A stretch of 64,000 nt of DNA from Octopus vulgaris (taxonomy: Eukaryota): assembly GCA_951406725.2 (NCBI GenBank), contig OX597820.1:113646001-113710000 (forward strand), given 5' to 3'. The notes beneath the pieces were generated by a model. That model saw only the letters and a list, made by a program, of their open reading frames with translations, was not told where the DNA came from and did not search any database. Shown here one piece after another: positions 29,516 to 43,864 of the stretch (the first letter of the stretch is position 1; the number at the start of each line of letters is the position of its first letter). The position numbers and the translations under genes were made by a program.

Positions 29516-29963
29516 TAAGCATACCTTTCATCTCATTGCTTCTCCCCTCCCTTTCTTCCCCTTATATATTATATTGGCCCCCGACACCCACCCCCCCACA
29601 CACACACACAAATAGTAAACGGTCCTTGTAATGTCACCCTTACAGATGCCCCTATGGCAAATAAAAGAAATCATTATTAGTGTTGGTATTGCTGCTGCTG
29701 CCGTTATTATTTTCGTTAAATATTCCCAGCAAATGTTGCCGAAAATAACCTTAAGTACGTAATAAGCATAATAAAACCCTTTTCCTAACCCCTAATTCTC
29801 TCTCTCTCCCTCTCCCACCTCCCTCTCTCCCTCTCCCACCTCCCTCTCTCTCTCCTCCTCTCTCTCTCAAACACTAACATCTACCTCATTCTACTGTCAT
29901 CCTATTTACACTTTGCTAACCTTTTTAATTAAAACTGTCTAGCGGGTAGGTCCTAATAGGATC

Positions 29964-30000
<37 letters not shown>

Positions 30001-30003
30001 TCC

Positions 30004-30043
<40 letters not shown>

Positions 30044-30305
30044 CATACACACGCAGATCACCTCTTCCACCGCTACCATCACTATTAACATTATCTTGAA
30101 ACCCTATTTTTAGTGTGCTAATAGTGAAATGCTATCTGTATGAAGTGCAAGAAAGCCGTTTGTAAGAGGTATGAGTGGTATACGGGTGGAGGGCGGTGGG
30201 ATATGTAAATAGATATTACCCGGGAACAGGGGCGAAAACGGAAAGATCAGTAGGCATTTGTGTATGCATATACACACATGTATATACACATAAGCATGTA
30301 CATGC

Positions 30306-30338
<33 letters not shown>

Positions 30339-30877
30339 AAGATACATACATACATACATAAAACAAGAATGTTCAGGAATTATAGAGAATTGCAGGCTGA
30401 TAGTGGTACATTTGGTGGAGGTGGTGTTGGACGTCGTCGTCGTCGTGGGTGAAAGAAAAGGAGGCAAATATTACACTTGAAGGGTTTTCGTTACTCGTAT
30501 ACTTGTCTACATGTAAGCCTCTTGCGAAATATGTGCGAATGTGTGTGCATGTGTAATTGTTTACATACCGATAATGGGGATGAGAGAGAGAGAGAGAGAG
30601 ATAACAGTATGACAAACCAGGTACGTTAATCATAGCTGCCTAGTTAAAAGTTTTGCTCCGCAACCACATGCTTCGGGTTCCACCTAACTGCCTTCTCTCT
30701 CTTCCTTTATCTTTTTAATTCTTCAAGCTAGGAAACCCTCAGGTGACTCTGGCTCCCAAATGTATAACACCTAGGCTTTCCACTCTGCTCCGCCAGTTTC
30801 ACCGCTTTATTTCTGCATCCACATGATACATCTCCAGAATTACCTGTTATTACTTTCGAACACCATTATTGATTGTA

Positions 30878-31092
30878 AGGCGATGAGTTTGCAGAATCGT
30901 TAGCGCGTCGTACAAAATGCTTAACTGTATTTCTGATTCTTTATGTTCTGAGTTCAAAATCCACCGAGGTCAACTTTGTCTTTCATCCTTTCGGAGTCGA
31001 TAAAATAGATACCAGTCAAGTACTGGGGTCGACGTAACTAACCCACTCCCTCTAAATTTGGCGGCTGTGTAACAAAACGTTGTAACAATTAT
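30878..31092 (+). mobile_element. Older SINE A-related copy
   Basis: ggcgatgagtttgcagaatcgttagc head and tttcatcctttcggagtcgataaaa domain. Confidence 0.75.
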
Positions 31093-31240
31093 TACTCATG
31101 CACAGAACAAATATTCATTCGTTATAAACAAACCATTTGAGCAGGTTGTTCCGCGTTTTTCTTGGTTTCTAAAATTCTTTTGAAATAGATCTGTCTCACA
31201 CAAAATCTTCCTAAACAGTGATGCTGATATATATACGAAA

Positions 31241-31629
31241 GGTGGGGGCGCAATGGCCTAGTGGTTAGGGCAGCGGACTCGCGGTCATAGGATCGCGGTT
31301 TCGATTCCCAGACCGGGCGTTGTGAGTGTTTATTGAGCGAAAACACCTAAAGCTCCACGAGGCAGGAGATGGTGGTGATCCCTGCTGTACTCTTTCACCA
31401 CAACTTTCTCTCACTCTTACTTCCTGTTTCTGTTGTACCTGTATTTCAAAGGGCCGGCCTTGTCTCTCTCTGTGTCACGCTGAATATCCCCGAGAACTAC
31501 GTTAAGAGTACACGTGTCTGTGGAGTGCTCAGCCACTTACACGTTAATTTCACGAGCAGGCTGTTCCGTTGATTCGGATCAACCGGGACCCTCGTCGTCG
31601 TAACCGACGGAGTGCTTCCATCCACATCC
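31241..31629 (+). mobile_element. SINE family C1, full length with TSD
   Basis: 12-bp TSD atatatacgaaa at 31229-31240 and 31630-31641; near-identical to 22035-22422. Confidence 0.92.
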
Positions 31630-31965
31630 ATATATACGAAAAGACAAAGAAGTGACTCTTCCAGAACAGTACTAAAGTATTAATTCGGAATAGCCCAGGA
31701 AAACCTTTTCTATATCACCCAACTTAAAGTACGTACGATCGATGGGTTGAATAGGTTCTCTTTTTTTCATAATGAAATCTTTAAAAATAAAAACCATCGA
31801 TGACTTAACGAATAAATATTTTATGATTTTCAATACATAGCAATTTTAGCATATTATTTTCTTTTACACTGCTTTCAAGTATGTATACGTATTTAAATAC
31901 ACTTCTTTCATTAATTTTAAATTGTGAATGTTTTATCATTTTAACATGTATCGTTTTATATATAT

Positions 31966-32041
<76 letters not shown>

Positions 32042-34569
32042 TATATACATATACACATATATTATATATCTGTTATACATATATATGTATGTATGCATGT
32101 ATTAGGCATATATGTATTATATATATTATATACATACATAGTATGTATGTATGCATGTATGTATGTTATGTATGTATGCATGTATGTATGTATGTTATGT
32201 ATGTATGCATGCATGTATGTATGTATGTATGTATGTATGTATGTATGTATGTATGTATGTATGAAAATATGATCAATAAACCGCAAAGCTTTTAGTTTTC
32301 TTAATTTTCCCTTCGGCTATCATTTTCCTTAATTTCATTTTTTAACATTGTTTCTTAAGTTTCATTTTAAGTAACGGAAAACAAATTATAAATTGTTCGA
32401 TAAGTGCAGCTATTAATCCCTACAAGCGCCAAAAAAATAATATAATAAAACGGTACAAGCAACAATTTCAAAATATGTAACTTAGAAATTAATCATTCGA
32501 ATATACTCTGTTACTTCCAGTGAGGTCTGTCATGAGCCCTAGGATTCATAAGGTCGGGGCTGGAGGTATCGGTCCGTCGTAGGGTTAACTTCCCAGTTAT
32601 TGCTGGAACTCACAGCTGGGTGGAGTGGAACAACACGAAATGAAATGTTTTGCTCAAGAGCACAACGCACCATCCGTTTTCAGAATCGAAACCGTGATGT
32701 TATGATCGTATGAGCAACATTCTAAACACTAGGCCAAATGCCTTCAACTGAGAGAAAAACTGATTTGGCACATGACAAATTTCAAAGTACTCTGATATGA
32801 TTTTGCAACTAAAACCAAAGCATTATATTAATGCCAGTCTTATGAGCGTAGTATCATTGCTTCAATATATCAAGCTTAAATACAACGAAACGGCTAAACT
32901 TGAAAGAAACATTTATTATAAGTTACTTTGGCGGAATAATGAATTGCAATCATTTCGTAGTTATTTTTAAAAATAATATTAATGATTGTAAAATGACTTC
33001 CAAATTAAAGCTTCTTCGTACTAACACTGATCAGAAGTGGTGATCACTGTTCATTTTGAGGACGATTTGATTAATGATAATAGGAAACAGAAATATTAGT
33101 AGATGAATGAAATGCTGTCAGTGCTGTGAAAATACTTGCGATGGCTGTAATATATATTTTAGAAAGGCATACAATGAAGTCATCTCTACATATCTTGATC
33201 TGATAGAGTGACGTAATGCTGACAGTATTGCGAAAGTTAAACTTTATAGCAAAGTTGGTACCAGTGCCATGGTTGGAATGAACAATGGCATATAAAACTT
33301 AGAGCTGAATTCATTCGGTTATTTTAATTAGATGTTGATGCCATTCAATTTGGTTAGCAATAGTTTCTCTTGATTCTACTTGGCTGTCTATCAATTTCTT
33401 ATAGGAGAAACTCGCAAATGGCTTATTAAAAAAAAATCTATATCAGGTAATTAATGATAGAGAAAAGTCATTAACAATTCCTATAAACTGCAAAACCAGA
33501 TAGTTATCTATCGAAGCAGCTATGGGAAGAATAATATCACCAATGGCTGGATTTGCGACTGATTTTACACTGATGAGGAAACACAGTATAGTGCTGTGTT
33601 ACCGAAATATTTTAAGAAATGGATTCAGAAGAAAATATTTTGGTGTATTTCTTGTTTATACATCGCATTCTTCATGAAGTACATAAATGATTTGAGTCGA
33701 AGTCTACTGACTTTTAGATAATTAAGATGTAATAATTTAGATAATCTAAAACATTAGATACTTAATTTATGGTGGGGAAGCACACAGACAAACGAAAATC
33801 CAAACAATAACATTTTTTGTGTGAGTGTGTTGACCAAAGTTTTGGACCTGATGTAGAGATTTTTTGAATCCGAAAATAACATCGATTTATTACCACCACA
33901 TAAAGATTTAAGATAGTTGATCCACAGAATACTCGTTTATTGGACTGAACGAATAGAACAGATTCTGAGTTTTTCTTGGAGTGAAGTTTACCAACGTAAA
34001 GGTTCTTCTGAGTACAGTTCCTATAAATAATTGTACTACTTCAACTACTTCTTAATTTCAGTGAAGAGGTTGAAAGAATGCTTAATGAGATAAATAATGT
34101 TAAATCAAAGTGAAGAAAGAAGATAAAACTGAACCTTCTTAATGCTATTTTATGTAGAATTAATGTTGCTGTAATTTTGAACTCTCAAAGCTTTGCAAGA
34201 TGTAGAAAAAAATGTCACCTTTATATTAATACAAATACAGAAAGATACCTAGAAACTCCAAATAACTGAGAACGCATTCATTCTGTTTTAATTATTGATG
34301 ATATACAGTAATATTATAAGTATGTTATGATACAGTTTTAAGCTAAATAAGTTTTTGTTATCCTTCTTATGAAAATAACGTGGTTTTCCTTGAAAACAGC
34401 TATGTATTAATTTATGATAATTCTTTTAAGAAAAGGCATTTATCATAGTTGTGATTCTCGTAAACTGGGTAATTTTAGCCCGCTAATTCTTGATGTAAAA
34501 CCTATGGAACTGAATTTTAATATGACAACACTAACATATCTTCACTCATCGAAAATAATAATAACAATA

Positions 34570-34962
34570 ATAATCCTTTCTACTATAGGCACGAGGCCTG
34601 AACTTTATGGGAGGGGATAGCTGATTACATCAACCCTAGTACTCAACTGGTACTTATTTTATCAACCCCGAAAGGATAAATGACAAAGTCGACCTCGGCG
34701 GAATTTGAACTCAGAACGTAGCGACAGACGAAATACCTATTTCTTTACTACCCACAAGGGGCTAAACACAGAGAGGACAAACAAGGACAGACAAACGGAT
34801 TAAGTCGATTATATCGACCCCAGTGCGCAACTGCTACTTATTCAATCGACCCCGAAAGGATGAAAGGCAAAGTCGACCTCGGCAGAATTTCAACTCAGAA
34901 CGTAACGGCAGACGAAATACCGCTAAGCATTCCGTCCGACGTGCTGACGATTCTGCTAGCTC
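34570..34962 (-). mobile_element. Nested SINE A inside an older SINE A-related copy
   Basis: Reverse-strand junction gtaaagaaata|ggtatttcgtc near 34738; outer copy ends ggcctcgtgcctatagtagaaaggattatt. Confidence 0.82.
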
Positions 34963-34966
34963 GAAG

Positions 34967-35008
<42 letters not shown>

Positions 35009-35414
35009 GCCGATATAAAAGTAGGCTGGTTGATTGTTTTCTCCAGTCACGCTTTATATCGTGAAGGGAGAGGCGGAATTATTCACCGTTATTTTCAAGA
35101 TTATTGGCAACATAAAATGATGTAGCATCACAAAGAAAGAAAAAAGTTTCAGAACGTTGGTCGTATGACTCTTTTGTTTGTCGAATATTTCCAGTTCTTT
35201 CGGCGCGGCGCCAATATTTTCAGACGTTCCCTAAATATATTGGCCTATTTAGTATATTCTCACTTCTTTGGTTTCCTTCAATGATGAAGTCTTGACTCAC
35301 ATCTCTGCATGATATTGTTAATATCATTGCTCCACTGCCTATTGCCCGGGATGGAAAATATGAAATACATTATAACATATATTTAGTATTTATTACCTAT
35401 TTATATAACAATGA

Positions 35415-35464
<50 letters not shown>

Positions 35465-35832
35465 GTTGTATATTATCAGTGTTTGTTATTCATACTGTAT
35501 ATCGCAGTCTGGAATATTAAACTGGGTAAATACAATGCAATATGATATCCAAGTGTCTATAATCTTGAACTGAGTGTATACTATACTGTCACACTATGTG
35601 TAATATTGGTTTCAACTTTTGGCACAAGGCCAGCAATTTCGAGGAAGTGGGGATAAGTCAATTACATCGGCCTCAGTGTTCAACTGGTACTTATTTTATC
35701 GAACCTGGAAGGATGAAAGGCAAAGTCGACCTTGGCGGTATTTGAACTCAAAACGTAAAGACGTACGAAATCTGCTGAGCATTTTGCCCAGCGTGCTACT
35801 GATTCTGCCAGTACACAGCCTTACACAGTGTG

Positions 35833-35879
<47 letters not shown>

Positions 35880-35890
35880 TAATAAAAATG

Positions 35891-35930
<40 letters not shown>

Positions 35931-35949
35931 TAATAATAATAAAAAATAA

Positions 35950-35995
<46 letters not shown>

Positions 35996-36593
35996 CACAG
36001 TAAATCATATACGATATATCAAAGTGTGTATAATACTATAAGCTATATCACAGTACGTAATAAAATGTTTGTGTATACTAAAATGTTTGTGTATACTAAT
36101 ATAAGCGTAAATTTAACGTAGAAAGTATTCCAAATGTATAATACGTCAGCGTATATTATGTTGTGTAATAATAATATATCACTGTGTATTACTACAAGGG
36201 GTCCTTCAAATATGGTGACTCGACTTGATAGAATTGTCACATAATACTGTTTAAAAACAATGAAAATACATAGTGTCTTTCCATACTCGATAGTATAATT
36301 CTAAACAAACCTATGAAGACAAATAGTCATGGCTGGAGTACCCATGATCCTAAGTCTGCTTGATCAGGGTTGCTTTAGAACTAACAACAACAGCTACAAC
36401 TACTTAGGGTTATAATACAAATAACTATTTCTAATTTAGGAAAGAAGGCCAGCAGTTTTGAAGAGAGTGGTTAGTCAGTACTATTAATCTTAGTACTTGG
36501 TTGTTGCTTAATTTTATCGACTCCGAAAGGAGAAAAGGCAAAGTTAACCAAGGTATATTTGAATCCTAAAAGTAAAGAACCGGAAGAAATATA

Positions 36594-36671
<78 letters not shown>

Positions 36672-36791
36672 ACACACACACACTCATTCACATTATATCT
36701 GTAACTACCTTTCTCTCTCTTTCTGTATCACTTTACCTTTCTCTGAAAAGCTGGTTTGTCCAACGTTCTAACGATTCTTGTTTCTTTATTT

Positions 36792-37022
36792 GTTTCTTTA
36801 TTGCCCACAAGGGGCTAAACATAGAGGGGACAAACAAGGACAGACAAAGGGATTAAGTCGATTACATCGACCCCAGTGTGTAACTGGTACTTAATTTATC
36901 GACCCCGAAAGGATGAAAAGCAAAGTCGACCACGGCGGAATTTGGACTCAGAACATAACGGCAGACGAAATCCAGCTACGTATTTCGCCCGGTGTGCTAA
37001 CGATTCTGCCAAACATCTGCCC
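36792..37022 (-). mobile_element. SINE family A
   Basis: Reverse complement of the 26684-26912 pattern. Confidence 0.85.
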
Positions 37023-37099
37023 TAATAACAACATTGGACTCTAATTTAAACATTAGTCCTTAATTTAAGAACAAGACCAGCAAGTTTTAGCACTGAAAT

Positions 37100-37477
37100 T
37101 TCTCAATACCAACGACCCAAGTACTTGAATGTACCTGGAATTTTGATGGTGAGGCGTGTCGATTACATCGACCCCAGTATTCAACTGGTACTTATTTTAT
37201 CGACCCAGAAAAGATGAAAGGTAATGTCGGCTTCGTTGGCATTATATATATATATATATATATAATGCCGCACTGCGACACTGAACCCGAAACTACGTGG
37301 TTGACATGCAAGCTTCTTTATGCTCTGAGTTCAAATTCCAACGAAGCCGACATTACCTTTCATCTTTTCTGGGTCGATAAAATAAGTACCAGATGAATAC
37401 TGGGGTCGATGTAATCGACACGCCTCACCATCAAAATTCCAGGTACATTCAAGTATTTGGGTCGTTGGTATTGAGAA
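37100..37477. repeat. 140-bp inverted duplication
   Basis: Arms 37100-37239 and 37338-37477, 2 mismatches by eye; internal palindrome ggcatt(at)n aatgcc at 37238-37269. Confidence 0.9.
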
Positions 37478-37629
37478 CTTGGAAGCTCCCTTCCAATTTC
37501 TTATGCCAGCTGCGGTACTAGCATTGAGAGTGAACGTGTGTGTGTGTGTGTGTTTGTGTGTGTGTTGAGTGTACATTTTTATCTACAGGAACTCAACTGA
37601 TTTTTGTTGATCTTTTCTTTCAAATCACC

Positions 37630-37688
<59 letters not shown>

Positions 37689-37989
37689 TCTCTTTCTCGC
37701 TTATTCAGTTTATCTATATCTGTATATTTATCCATAACTAGCCCTATCTCTCTCTCTATCACTTTAACTTTCACAGAAATTATCCTCAGCCAACATCATT
37801 CCTTAATCTGCATTTCCTTATCATCACCATTTTCATCTTCTTAATCTTTCTTTTCTCCCGTCTATATTTACCTGTAGTTCACCTTCACCACACACACTCT
37901 CTCTCTTTCTCTCTTCCCCCCCTCTCTCTCTCTCAGCTCCATCATCGTTCACTTATTTAACCTAATATGAATTATCCACACCTGGATAA

Positions 37990-38106
37990 GCAGGACCGGA
38001 AATATCTGCAGCCATCAGCCATCTTGTTTGCACGTTTGTTACACTACCACCGCGCACACAATCACACATGCACACACACATTCAATCAGATTCATACCCC
38101 ACACAT

Positions 38107-38150
<44 letters not shown>

Positions 38151-39254
38151 ACGTACATATATGTACGCATACATACTTACATGCAATACTTACAAATATG
38201 CACATGTATGGCTGTGTGGTTAAGTTCACTTCGTAACCACGGAGTCGCGGGTTCAATCCCAATGTTTGGCTTAAAAGATATAGCCGCACATGTTAAGTAG
38301 TTATCACAGCATAGATTCCAACGATAATGATGATATTCCTTGTAGTATTTCTTAGTTAATCTCATTACTCCCACCCACTCCTACAGATTTCTGTGTATCT
38401 TCACCGTATCAACCATGTATCTATTTAATCGTCTACATAGCTCTTTACTCTTTACTCTTTTACTTGTTTCAGTCATTTGACTGCGGCCATGCTGGAGCAC
38501 CGCTTTTAGTCGAGAAAATCGACCCCGGGACTTATTCTTTGTAAGCCCAGTACTTATTCTATCGGTCTCTTTTGCAGAACCGCTAAGTGACGGGGACGTA
38601 AACACACCAGCATCGGTTGTCAAGCAATGCTAGAGGGACAAACACAGACACACAAACACACACATACATATATACATATATATACATATATACGACAGGC
38701 ATCTTTCAGTTTCCGTCTACCAAATCCACTCACAAGGCATTGGTCGGCCCGGGGCTATAGCAGAAGACACTTGCCCAAGATGCCACGCAGTGGGACTGAA
38801 CCCGGAACCATGTGGTTGGTTAGCAAGCTACTTACCACACAACCACTCCTCTCTGTCTTTATTAATTTCTTTTTTCGTCGTTTAATTTACTTGAAAGCGA
38901 AGCATGATATAAGACCCTTTGTAGGGGCTGCAAGACTTGTGGAGCGGAGGCAGGGAAGGGGGTGCCACCAAGCAATTAGTTACTGCAGTAGAAAGCTATA
39001 CTTCAACATATAAGTCTGAAACTTTTTGTGAAAGAAGACATCCAGGGGCCAGACCATTGACAAAAAGGACAATGTTAAGAACATGTATGACAATCCGATG
39101 TAGGCATCTGAAGGTGTATTAATTGAAAATAACCATCTATGTATCAGATTTAATGTATATACACTACTGTGTGCATGTGTGATTGTGTGCGCGGTGGTAA
39201 TGTAACAAACGCGCAAACAAGATGGCTGATGGCTGCAGATATTTCCGGTCCTGC
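37990..39254. repeat. 87-bp inverted repeat pair (possible TIRs of a non-autonomous element)
   Basis: 37990-38076 and 39168-39254, 2 mismatches by eye; no TSD found. Confidence 0.8.
38445..38850 (-). mobile_element. SINE family B
   Basis: Near-identical to 44768-45188. Confidence 0.9.
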
Positions 39255-40349
39255 ATGTGAATGCGGTTTTCTTGCGGACGTAAAGTGTTCTAAAAACACA
39301 ATATATATCGGAGGGAGACGAAAAATCATTTCGGCAGCAGCTAGAATGAACGCCAAATGCATTTCTTGAACTTTATCAATAGCATGTGCTGACAGCTAAC
39401 TACATGCTTAAAAGAGATTTGTCGTCATCGATATAGAAAACAGTTTAATAATAATTTCCTGTATATGCAATTGAAGCAGTAGCAGTGAATGCATTACTCC
39501 CTGTTTTCTATACTGAGGGTAACGAATCTCGTCTAGTCACGTGGCTAACTCATTTAAACAGAGCAGACTGGGGCAGTAGAAAATAAGATCCTTGCTAAAG
39601 GATACAATATGCCGTTTGTTTCAGGAGTTGAAACCACAGCCTTAAGATTATATATATATATATATTCAAATAATTACAAATACGGAGACAGGTATTTCAT
39701 CATTTTTTTTTCTTTTAATTTTACAGTTTGTCATACAGCATATTTATTTGATTACATTAACCGACATGTGTTTCTGCCGCATAAAGTATGTTCGCTGTGA
39801 ACCGTGCTTACTGAAGGACCCTGAATTAAAGTGCACAGAAAATTATGCTGGGTTGCATGTATATCTGCACACACCCTGTGCAGCAGAAACACGTGTCGGT
39901 CATTGTAACCAAATAACTATACTGTATGATTAGCTGTAAAATTAAAAGTACTAAAGTCGATGTAATCTACTATTCCCCTGCCTCAAAATGTCAGGCTTTG
40001 TGTCTTGTAAAAAGGATTTTTTTCTTCTTCTTTCGATATTGTTTCCATTTCTTGTCCTGTGTCTTCCCGACACCTAGGGTAAAGAAACTCACTGTATACA
40101 TTGATAGACCATTAAAATAAACACACCAGATTGTTCATTTACAAAGCCAAGTTATGTCAAAGAAAAAAAAAAGAAGAAAGAGAAAAGTAAAGGAAAAAGA
40201 AAATAAAGGAATTTTTTTTTATGGAATTTTACATGGACTGTAATCATACAGTAACAATGCTCTTCCCAATACGCATAACATATCAGTTAAAACAATCTTT
40301 TGCACTTCTTGCACGGATGCTAAGCCAGGGATCATCCTCAAATAATTTT

Positions 40350-40512
40350 CGGTTCCTTTTTCTGATCATTCCAAATGCTCCTACAATCACTGGTATTGTA
40401 AATGTCTTGAGAAGCCACATTTTTTCGATTTCAATGAGCAAATTCTTATATTTTCTGAGCTTGACAAATTCTTTTGCCGAGATATTATGATCACAAGGAA
40501 TGCTTATTACTA
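40350..40512 (-). mobile_element. RLE-type non-LTR retrotransposon C-terminal fragment (R4/Dong-like)
   Basis: ISIPCDHNISAKEFVKLRKYKNLLIEIEKMWLLKTFTIPVIVGAFGMI matches the K..KY..L..E...MW....IPVIVGALG motif of restriction-like endonuclease elements. Confidence 0.75.
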
Positions 40513-40690
40513 TTAAGCTGGCATAATAGTTAGCACGCCTGACAAAATGCTTAGCGGCATTTCTTCCGTCTTTACGTTCTGAATTCAAATTCTGGCGAGG
40601 TCCACTCTGCCTATCATCCTTTCGGGGGTTAATAAAATAAATATCAGTTGAACACTACTACTACTGTTGCTGCTGCTGCTGCTGCTGCTG

Positions 40691-40722
<32 letters not shown>

Positions 40723-40961
40723 GGCGAGCTGCCAGAATCGTTAGCATTCCGGGCAAAATGCTTAGCAGCATTTCGTCCGTCTTTACGTTCTGAGTTCAAA
40801 TTCCGCCAAGGTCGACTTTGCCTTTCATTCTTTCGAGATCGATAAAACAAGAACCCAGTTAAGCACTGGGGTCGAAGCAATCGACTTACCCCTTCCCCAA
40901 AACACTGGCCTTGTGCAAAAATTCGAAACCATTATTATTATTATTATTATTATTATTATCA

Positions 40962-40995
<34 letters not shown>
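40723..40995 (+). mobile_element. SINE A-related copy ending in (ATT)n
   Basis: ggcgagctgccagaatcgttagc head; tail ctggccttgtgcaaaaattcgaaacc(att)n. Confidence 0.8.
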
Positions 40996-40998
<3 letters not shown>

Positions 40999-42127
40999 AG
41001 CCTCCTTCAGCTGCAAGTCACCCAGTCCAGATGTTTTTATAGTTCTCTTATTCCATCCACCATAAACACCTCCTCTCCCAATTTTCTATATAATATAATA
41101 AATATATTTCCTTCCCCCGCTAGAACGTCACCCGCCATTACCTAAACGCTCACTACTACCAGGAAAGCGTTTACTAGCCCCATCCCGCCTCGACCACCCC
41201 TACCAACATAAATTTCAACAGTTTCTCTAACCTATTAATCAGTGCCATCAACAGTGTTACTTGCCATCATCATCATCATCATCGTCATCATCACCATCAG
41301 TTCCATCATCAGTATCGTCACAAACATCATCTTAGTCATCACCCCTCATCACATCGTTATCAACATCACCAACGTCATTCTCGTTATTACTATCACCATC
41401 ATCATCATCATCGTTCCATCATCGCAATCACCATTATCTTTATCACCATTTCATCGTTATCATTAACACAATCAATATATTCATCATCATCATCATCATC
41501 ACGATTATTTTCTCCATCACTGTCATCGACATGTAAATTATTTTCATCCTTAATGAGATTATCGTCTCATCATCAGCCTCTTTCTCATCATCATCCTCAT
41601 CATCGTCACTATCATCATCAGCATCAGCATCATTATCATCATCACTATAATCATCTTCGTCGCCGTCGTCGCCGCCTTCGTCATCATCATCATCATCATC
41701 GTCATCTCCACACCCATTATCCTCCTTGGCACTTATAACCATAATGGCACCAAGTAAAACATTACCGAATTTATTCAAGGAGGCAGCTCCTACCATCAGC
41801 CAATGAGCAGCCCATACGTGGCCGCAGGAACAGTTAGATATAATAGCCAACTGTCCCTCAAAATACTACTTTATCATATTCAATAGTGGTGCACTGGTTA
41901 ATGTAGTCCGCGACAGACAATGCCTAAAAACGAGATGAATGCTTGGTCATGGCTTAAATATGTTATAATTATACACATGCTCGATCAGGGCCGATTGTAG
42001 GTTAGAAAACAACAACAACAACAACAACCTATAAATCTGGGCTGCTGCAATATCAGTATATAAGCGTGGGCCAATGTACTTAATGTTCTGAACCAACGAA
42101 ATGTATTTTTTAAAAATTAAAATTATA

Positions 42128-42328
42128 CTTTGTTTTTGTATTTGGTTTGCAAGATTCTTTATGTGAATTCGTGTGTTGAAGCATGTTTTATTGTATCTGG
42201 GGAGCGTAATTCTCTTTTGGTGCCTTATTACTTAACACAGTCACCGGTTCAATTTCCACTTATTTACTTATTTATTTTTTCTAAAATTTTCGTTGCGTCT
42301 TGCAACCTTTTCAGTAGTCGTTGACTCT
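42128..42328. mobile_element. Interspersed repeat with inverted copy at 43241-43382 and partial copy at 46778-46872
   Basis: tttggtttgcaagattctttat...ggggag...cttttggtgccttattacttaacac shared among the copies. Confidence 0.75.
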
Positions 42329-42336
42329 GTCCGTTT

Positions 42337-42367
<31 letters not shown>

Positions 42368-42373
42368 GTGTGT

Positions 42374-42435
<62 letters not shown>

Positions 42436-43820
42436 CTATATATATATATGACGGGGACGTAAACACATCGACATCGATTGTCAAGCGATGGTGACGGGGA
42501 CATAATCTGACACACAAACATATATATGTGTGTGTGTATGTGTGTGTGTGTATGAATGTATGTATGTATGTATGTATGTATATATGTCTGTGTATGTATA
42601 TATGTCTGCGGTTCGGCAAAAAGAGACCGATAGAATAAGTAGTAGGCTTACAAAGAATAAGTCCTGGGGTCGATTTGCTCGACTAAAGGTGGTGCTGCAG
42701 CATGGCCGCAGTCAACTGACTGAAACCAATAAAGGAATAAAAGAATATATGTTGGTAAATGGATATGTAAGTAAATAGATAGATAGGTACACAGGTAATA
42801 CGACAGGTAATACGACAGGCAAGCACACACATACACACATACACAAATGAAGACTGAAACATATGACCATATACACACACACACATACAAGGACACATAT
42901 GGAGGCACACATCCATACATAACAGACGCACGTACATAGTCACACAAACCCATACACATAGACACACTCAAACATACACACACAAGGAGACAGATGTACA
43001 CATACAAATACACACACACACATACAAACACACAAACATGAACACACAAACACATGAATAGATGGAATACAAACATGGATTGCATTCATAAAACATGGAA
43101 TACATACATACATGCATGGAATACATACATACACATATGCATACATACATATTTACACATACATGCATACGCGTATACACTTACACACTGACGTACACAC
43201 ATGCTCACAAACAAGCAAAACGAACGCAGTTCCGACAACGGACAGAGTCGGCAACAATTGCAAATGTTACAAGGAGCAACGAAAATTTTAGAAAAACTAA
43301 ATAAGAGTGGAAATGGAACCAGTGCGTGTGTTAAGTAATAAGGCACTAAAAGAGAATGACTATCCCCAAATGCAATAAAATTATATTGTTAATGATAAAA
43401 AGTCATTAGTGCTAATGACAACACCTGTCACAAAAGGTGGCACCGATAAACGACCTCCACACAAAATTGCTGGCCTTATGCCTAAACTAGAAGCAATTAT
43501 ATTTGAGATGATGATGATGATCATCATCATCAGCAGCAGCAGCATCAGTAGCATCACCATCATCATCATTGTGTACAGAAGAGAAGGATGACGTCTTTGG
43601 CTCAGATAATTTGTTGGCGGAGGCGGGGTGCTGTACGCGGGACATGTTTGACGAAGTTGTGATGTTCAGATTTTCTTGTTCCCGATTTAATCATTGCCTG
43701 AACAAAAAGGACAGCTTTTCTAAAACAAGGTTTCTTTGTATACACACACACATATGTATGTATGAGTACGTATATATATATATATATTCATGCATGTATA
43801 TTTCAAATTTACATAAAACA

Positions 43821-43864
<44 letters not shown>

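Noticed and set aside
31243-31320. tRNA gene-like A and B boxes
   Set aside because: SINE head: continues into a repeated body with a TSD, and there is no closed acceptor stem.
41242-41850. Asp-rich and His-rich ORFs
   Set aside because: Degenerate (CAT)n repeat without splice or domain evidence.
42278-42320. Reverse-strand CUGAAAAG guugc-aagac-gcaac GAAA hammerhead-like motif
   Set aside because: Core has the wrong length and lacks G8; no stem I.
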